Shown: piece after piece, positions 57,045 through 64,000 of the stretch | How positions within the stretch are numbered: position 1 is the first letter of the stretch | Layout: each line of letters begins with the position of its first letter | Origin: the human T2T-CHM13v2.0 reference genome, Homo sapiens | NCBI RefSeq assembly: GCF_009914755.1 | Contig: NC_060944.1 | Direction: 5' to 3' (one strand) | Length of the DNA: 64,000 bases | Notes under the pieces: model-generated | The model's database searches: none | The model's input: the letters and a program-made list of their open reading frames with translations, nothing else | What the model was told of the DNA's origin: nothing | Translations under genes and position numbers: made by a program

Positions 57045-58313
57045 AACAACACAAGAGTTCCAAAGAGGAAAAAAAAAACCACTATATAACACAAACAGGT
57101 CAGAACATAAAATGCTGCCATTTGGGGACCTTGAATTTTGAAACCATTGTTTGCTTAACCACTGGCAGGGACTCAGCTGAAGTCGCTGCTCTCCCTCACC
57201 CCTGCTAGAGGACCTCAAGACTGTGATCCACAGGGCTCTACTGAGCACAAACCCTGGGGAGAGGGCAGCTTCCTGGGGCTCCATTTAGAACCACAGCCAG
57301 AAACCCTCCTTCTAACAATTTCACTCTGGTACAAAAGTCGCGAACAGCCACCCATCTCGAGAACATGTCCAGCTACCAGAAGTCTGACATCAAAGTGGTC
57401 CCTACCTCCTGCTGCTCAGGAAACAGAATAAGAGTCTAGACAAAAACAAGAGCCTGGGGTTTTGAGCCAAAAGCCCAAAACAAATCACTGAAGAAACGGG
57501 TGTTCACGGCCAGAGTCTCAGAACCAACTTCATGGAAGTGCTGCTGGAGAGGGGGATGCTGACAGAACTGGTTAACAGGGAAGAGTGGTGGGGCCCAGAT
57601 TCACAGTTTGTGGTAACTGCTGCTGACTGGAGCTGTTCAGTCCATTGGAGATCTTCCAATGAAATGAAAACAAAAAAGAAAAGAGAAAAAAACAAAAAAC
57701 AACCTTGGCTCAGAGAGAAAAATTCTTTTTTCTGTGGCTGCCATGGCCATTCCTCAACAATCCAGAGTGGCTGATTTATGAATCCTCAAGCAGACCCCAA
57801 ACATATGGGGTGAGGGTATGATGACACTGTGCCTGCCAAGGCCAGTTTGCTTTTCTTCAACTCTAGGCAGGAGTTGCAGGCAGGAGCTTGAGCTCTGGTC
57901 AATGTGTATGAAGCTGGAAAGCCTTGGTAGGTTCACAATGAACAAAGGTGGTGGCTACTGACATGACAAATGCCATTCCAAACTTGGCTAGCTGGGCCTG
58001 GCTCCAAATCCAGTAGAAACAGGGACCGGAGAAACCCCATCAAATACAAGCCCAGACACCTGTACTGCCCCCGGAGATATTTATTTTCTACAAAACAAAA
58101 AACAAAAAAAGATACAGCCCCAAATGCAGTATAAACTTTGTAAGGAATAAGCAACACAGCCTTGGGCAGAAGAGAGAGCAGGTGGTAGAAATTGATGACA
58201 CTCGATGCCGGCCTGGGAGCGCAGAGAACATCCTCCAAACAGCTCTATTTAGAACAAGTAAGTGGGAGGAGGCCAGGGGATGAGGGGACTGGGGAGAGTT
58301 GAAAGATTTAGCT

Positions 58314-58903
58314 TCAGTAATGCCTCTGGTAAGATCCCATGGGGGCCTGTGGCTGCCCCATCTGTGCTGTGGTCTGGCTAACCAGGTGGGAGAGAGCAGG
58401 GCCACTCTGGATCAGGGTATCCAGAGCCTTCTGTACACTTGGATTGTCAAAGTTGATACCTGTGGAAGACACAGGCCTCTGGCTAGTCATGTTGCTAGCA
58501 GGTGCCAGGCGACTGGAAGGCTGGCCAAAAAGCCCTTGGGAAGGAGCCCCAGGTCTGGGGCCCATGTTCTGAGCAGATCCTCCCTGTCCCAAAATGCTTG
58601 GAGGCTGATTGCCAGAAGCCTGTGATCTTTGTTGAGGCTGGCTGTTTGCTGCTGTGGAAAAATTCTGGTTTGGGGTGTTTCCGGCAGCAACCGAGGGGGA
58701 TGCAGAGCTGCTATTGGCCGTCACTGTGCCACTATTGAAGAGGCTGAGGATTTTGGCCTGAAGCTCTTGCTGGGAGGTGGGGGGTGCAGATGGAGTGGGT
58801 GTAGCAGAGGGGAGCACTTGGCCGCTCTGGAGCGGTTGGGAGCTTGGCTGTGTCTTCAGCGAGGCACCCGAGGTCGCCCCGAGTGGTTGGCGGGAAATCG
58901 GGC
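58314..58903 (-). CDS. NCOA5: NCOA5 exon 8 coding part (590 nt)
   Basis: tccag|GCCCGA...TAC TGA. Confidence 0.96.
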
Positions 58904-61900
58904 CTGGAAGACAGAAGAGGGAGGTATCTGGTTCAAAGTACCCCCCAAGGGCAGGAGGCCTAGCAGCCAAAGGAAGAACAACAATCACTGAGTCACATCA
59001 ATCATACAGTACACAGACGATAACATCAATTTCCCAAAGAGGCCGCTTCATGATATGTGCTGTTTACAGAAAACAATAGGCTAGTTCCCCTAGAGAACTG
59101 CTAAAAAACAAAAGGGCATCCATCCTGGCTACCACGGAGCCAGCAATACTAGTCAATCCACCACATTAACTATAGGGATCAGCATTCAGTACCCAAATAT
59201 AAAGTTATTATTAACATTATATCAGCATGGGTGGCCCACGGGAGAACCCAAGGGATGGACTTAGTTCCCTTACCCACTCCAAAGAGCCCTGGGCCTGACA
59301 CCCTCCCAACAGAGCCTGGGGATTAGAGAAATGCAGAGTCAGAACTTCACCTCGGCCCTGCCACGTAGCTCACCAGGCAGAGAGTCGGTGCTGCTCCTCA
59401 TCAGCCGCTCCTTCCGCTCTCGCAGGTAGTTGATGATCTTGTCAGTCTCTTCAGCAGTGAGGTACCTGTTGTCTGCCAGCAGGTTGATGAGGCTCTGGAT
59501 GGCTGGAGGGTGGCCCCCACGCACTCCCTCCTCAGGGCCTCCTCTCTCTCTTTCCTGCAGGATGGCTTCATCGGCCATCTTGGCTGCCTGTCTGGCAATC
59601 TCCTCACGTTCCTTCTCCCGGCACTCATTCTTGTAACGCTCATAATTTCTGGCCACCAGCACCATGGCATCTGCTTGGGGCATGTTGCGATGCTCTGTAG
59701 GAGGAAATGACATGAGTTATTTTCTTCCATGACATATTTAAGTGCCCACCTGCTGCACTCTGTCAAGTCTTTCCTAACCTCATACCAGCAAGAAAATCAT
59801 TTTGGTGACAAAAAGCCTTGAGATTGAGAGTGGGGTGGTGTGGGGGGAGAGATGAAGGCCAGGAAGGGAAGTGAACGAACACTTTTGGTGAGGAGATGCA
59901 CCTTTATATACAGCTGGTTCTTTGGGGGAATTCCTAGATCACAGACTTGTAGTAAAAACCAAAGAAACATGACATCCTCCCACAGATTCAAACAGACCAC
60001 GTGGGGAACAGCCATGGGAGGCAGGCCCAACAGCCTCTAGACCAGCAGCAGGAGGCCAACAGGCCCCTCTGGAAAGCAGGGCTCTCCACTGTGCTCCTCA
60101 GGACAGAGCTGGCCTACCATTTTTTAATTCATCAGTTCAAAAGTCATAGATTAAGATCAAACTGTGACCCTAAATAACCTCCTCTCCTCACCCATGGGCA
60201 ACATGGTTTACTGGGTAGTGAGAGGACTCCTTAGAACTTTTGTCCTCACACATCTTGAGGACTATTCCTCAGACAAATGACCCACTGGAGATCCTTATGT
60301 AATTGTATGGTTATGAGGGTAATGGGTGAGGCAAAGAGAGATCCTGCGTATAGTGGGAAAAGGGTTAAGTCTGTGCTGTAAGAGTGAGGAGCAGGGTATC
60401 AGCTGGCGGACTCTTAATCCTCTGGGCTCAATGCATTAAAAGCTACTTCTGAGGAGGACTTCGAGAACTGGGCCTGGGCCTCTACAGGGTCACGGCCTCT
60501 TAGCCCCTCTGGTTACTTCTCCAGCACACTTACAAAAAGGACCCTAAATGCCTGTTATATTCTCTGTCCTCCATTAGAAAGCTGGCAGAAGCAAGGATTT
60601 TGTCACATTCAGTGGAGTACATGGCAGAGGTGTGCTGGAGCCAGATCTCAGTGGCAAGAGCCAACTGTGTACATTTCTTTCCAACTCTCCCTTCAGTGAC
60701 TTCAGGTTGGTGGCTTGAACTGAAACATGGTGGGAGTATTTACACCATGGAGATCAGCAAATGCTATAAACGCCCTCCCCCCACACTGGAACTTGTTGTT
60801 ACACGTGTGCCAGCACACCACTGTATATACCTAGTGGCTAAGTATAGTGTAACAGAGATCCACTAAGAAACTATCAGATAAGTAAGTGACTATGCAAGAC
60901 TCTTCCATGGTACTTAAGAGAGGGGCCCTACCATATATGAACTGAGATATAAGAGTCATTTGCCCAAAACCTGCTTCTTCTGAGTAAGGCATAAAGGACT
61001 AATAATGGACTAGTGACTACCTCCGGTATTCTGACTCTGTACCTTGCGGGGTTCCAAACATGATGTTGACTGTGCAGGAGCGGTGAATCTGGTGTTGCTG
61101 GGTGATGACAATAGCAAAAGGAGAACCTCCCCTGCTAACATCCTCCAAGGCTTGTGACAGTGACACTTCTGTGTTAAGGAAGATCAAGTCCACTACCATG
61201 CCCAGGTCTCGCACCTTCCGCCCCACAGACTCAGCATAGTCTCTGTAAAAATAAATAAGATCCAGGTGAGCAACCAACTCCAAATCTGCATCGTGTGTCT
61301 CAAGCCAGTTGTGTGTGTTCCTACTGATAACTCAAACCTTAGTCTACCCCAGTACCGTATTCAGGATCCAAGTATCTAGACCAATACTCTCTCTCTACCC
61401 TGGCTCAGAACGGTTGTGACTTGCTTGAGATCACGTCAGAAGTTGCCAGTAGCACAGTATGATACCCAGGTCCTTCTCTTGATTCTCTAGCCCTGTGGTC
61501 CTTCCTTAAGACCATCCTGCTCCCTAAGACTTGTGGCACTTATCTCTTTTTGGGTAGGCTGCACAACACAGTGGGAAGATCATGGGTTTAACGCTAGAAA
61601 CATGGGTTTGGATCCCAGCCCTTAAAATTTATTTGCAAAGTTGTGAAGCTTAAGCAAGTCCATTTACCTCTTACAAACATCAGTTTCTTTACTAATAAAA
61701 CAGGAGTAACATGGCTCAGTTCATACGTCATTTTTTTGACCTTCCCTCCAATCTAAATTAGATCTCTGACATTCTCTTCTCATAGGACTCATCACCTGTA
61801 TGCTTTTGTCACCTGCCCCATTGGGTGTAAGCTCCACCAGTGGAATGAGGCTATACAGCCCCAATACCCGCCATCCACCATACGTATAAAAGATTTGCTG

Positions 61901-63195
61901 AATGCTCATTTTTTATGATTACTGTGAAGATTAAAAATAATTTATGTAAGGCACCTAGTATGGGGTAGTACATAAAGTAGGTGCTCAGAAAATAACAGCT
62001 ATTATCATGTGTCCAAAAAAAGCTCTCTAGAGTTAAAAGCAGCATCTATCACTGAACAAGACAGCCAAGAGCCTGTGAACTCTGCCTACTGCTTGGTGTC
62101 TCAACACCTATTTCCCTAGTCACTGCCTTGAAATTAGCTCTTTAACCCCAAACTGCTAGAAAATACATGAAGTTATTTACTTAGTACCACCTAGGGAAAG
62201 GGAACATAGCTACTGCCAAGCCTGCAAGCTGCTATACTCCTTTCTGCTTCTCTGCTCTGCCTCTTCAAGGAGAAAATGTAAAACAGGGATGCAGTGAAAC
62301 AATGCTATAAGCCCTAGCTTGGTAACATGGTCATGTAACAGTTCTGCAAGGCCATGGTACTTCACAAAGACTTGGTTCTTGGCTGACAAATGCAGAGGCG
62401 TGTCTCCCAAAGTATTGGGCATTTGGGTTGTCCCATGAAGGGAGTATATACTACTCTGCTTGACCAGCGGCTACACCCTCTTCCACTCTCAGTCTGCATG
62501 GTTCCACAGGGCTAATCCCACCTCTAGCTCTTGGGATGGGAACATGACTTAGCCCTGGCCAATCAGAACACCCAGCACCCCTGCCAAAGTGACAGGCTCA
62601 GGGATGGGAAAGTGAGTCAGGTCAATCTAAAAAGAACTGCAGAACTTCAGGTGGAAACACTGGGAAAGAGAAGCTCTCTTTCCACTTGGCTTGCTAAGCT
62701 AAGAAGACACACGTTCAGGGCCAGTGCCATTCTGCCTCTTCAAGCACAAAACCTGCCTGAGAACAAAGGCAAATCTGAGGAAAACAGTGCTTAGAGACTA
62801 ACACAGAGACCAATTTTGATGACATGGTTTGATCCTGGATGTGGCTGTGCCTCAATTTCCCAGTTAATTTCTGCTTAAATGAAAAATGTCCCTTTTGGCC
62901 TCAATTTGAATTGAGTTTTCTGTCACCTATAACTGAAAGAACCCTGGCTAACAGCGCACAGCAATGCAAGAATACACAGCTCAGATTCAGTGGATAGAGG
63001 TGCTAAACAGGAGCCTGAATTTCTCTGACTCTTCTCCTTACTGGGGAGAAATATCTAAGGGTTCTTACTTTGTCTGTTTGTTGACCACAATCACAGAACA
63101 ATCAACGGGCCTTTCGGCATCAAAGCGTCTCTGGATTTCCTCAAAATATTGACGATAAAGCTCTTCTCTACGCCGTTCCTCACGTTTCAAACGCT
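58314..63195 (-). CDS. NCOA5: Nuclear receptor coactivator 5, last four coding exons (5' part lies beyond the window)
   Basis: ERLKREERRREELYRQYFEEIQ...; DYAESVGRKVRDLG...; LxxLL box LINLL (59477-59491); C-terminus PMGSYQRHY*; phases consistent. Confidence 0.97.
59374..59694 (-). CDS. NCOA5: NCOA5 exon 7 (321 nt, LxxLL)
   Basis: tacag|AGCAT...CCTG|gtgag. Confidence 0.96.
60625..60823. mobile_element. MER63-like hAT element in an NCOA5 intron
   Basis: TIRs cagaggtgtgctgg...ccagcacaccactg; internal catggtgggagtatttacacc. Confidence 0.75.
61043..61242 (-). CDS. NCOA5: NCOA5 exon 6 (200 nt)
   Basis: tacag|AGACTAT...CAAG|gtaca. Confidence 0.95.
62495..62953 (+). mobile_element. MLT1 (MaLR) solo LTR
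   Basis: catgacttagccctggccaatcag...ttttctgtcacctataactgaaagaaccctggctaaca. Confidence 0.7.
63069..63195 (-). CDS. NCOA5: NCOA5 exon 5 (127 nt)
   Basis: tgcag|AGCGT...ACAAA|gtaag on minus strand. Confidence 0.95.
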
Positions 63196-63952
63196 CTGCA
63201 AAACACCACCAGGGTAAACTGAAATAAGGACTGGACCCTCATTTTAAATCCTGAGCTACTTGTAGGCAAAGGTCATAATACTCTGAATCAATCCTCTGGT
63301 CTATCTCCTAAAAACAGCCAGTATTAATATTTTTTACTATTATAAATTAACCAAAATGTAATGCTGGATTAAAGGACGTGGCCATTTTAATGCTGCATCT
63401 GATACTTACTGCCAAGCTGCTCCCTGAGAAGGCTGATACTAATTTATACCTCCACAGAGGTAGATCATCTAGTGCCTATTTCTCCACACCTTAGTCAACA
63501 GTGAGTACTGTCATTCTTTTTAAGTCTTGCCAACTTGACAGATAAGAATATTATTATTATTCTAATCTGCATTTTTGCTTTTTTTTTGGGGAAAAAAATC
63601 AAGTAGTAAAGTTTAAAATTAAAAATTTAAAAGTTCTTTTTTTAAAAGAAAAAAATCAAGTAGTAAAGTTTAAAATTAAAAAATTAAAATTAAAAATGAG
63701 ATTCTTAAAGATTTCAACTTGGCCAGGTATGAAATAATTTAAGAACCTTTAAAGATGTATTGAGAAAAACCAGGCTTTAAAAAGACATGTTTGCCTTCAT
63801 CTAAAAAAGAGATGCTGTTAGGTAAAAGTTATAAAAAAAACCAAAAACCTATTTTGCCTAGATAATGCAGATAGTCAGTCATAGTTACTTGGTCAGTAGG
63901 CAAAAAACAAGCACTTAATGTCTTCAGCTCCAATCTTTTGTTCATTTTTCTC

Positions 63953-64000
63953 TTTTTTTTTTTTGAGACAGGGTCTCACTCTGTCACCCAGGCTGGAGTG
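63953..64000 (-). mobile_element. Alu 3' end, cut by the window edge
   Basis: T tract followed by gagacagggtctcactctgtcacccaggctggagtg. Confidence 0.9.

Overview
Human genomic DNA, recognisable as chr20q13.12. It holds the complete MMP9 gene (+ strand, 13 exons, CDS 4940-12396, 707 aa) with its promoter. It also holds the complete SLC12A5/KCC2 gene (+ strand; exon 1a at 17795 gives 1139-aa KCC2a, exon 1b at 25363 gives 1116-aa KCC2b; stop at 53620; long 3' UTR to about 56160) and the last four exons of NCOA5 (- strand), converging tail-to-tail on SLC12A5. I read every exon boundary from GT/AG sites; MMP9 and SLC12A5 exon lengths sum to intact reading frames, and the four NCOA5 exons join in frame to the stop. 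Most ORFs in the supplied track are GC-rich or Alu artefacts. The genes are well known, so the interest lies in fine structure. (1) Both U12-type (minor spliceosome) introns of SLC12A5 split a Tyr codon (Y446, Y1087), have lengths divisible by 3 and are stop-free in frame, so retention would give NMD-immune insertion isoforms. (2) Four RE1/REST elements span SLC12A5, one inside the terminal U12 intron. (3) There is a 15-nt microexon, and alternative polyadenylation could remove two miR-92-family 8mers. (4) Two intragenic direct duplications each bracket an exon pair. (5) This MMP9 haplotype carries A20V and N38S in cis. (6) Inverted Alus flank a 675-nt in-frame MMP9 exon 9-12 block. Repeat subfamily calls and literature associations are from memory and need checking.
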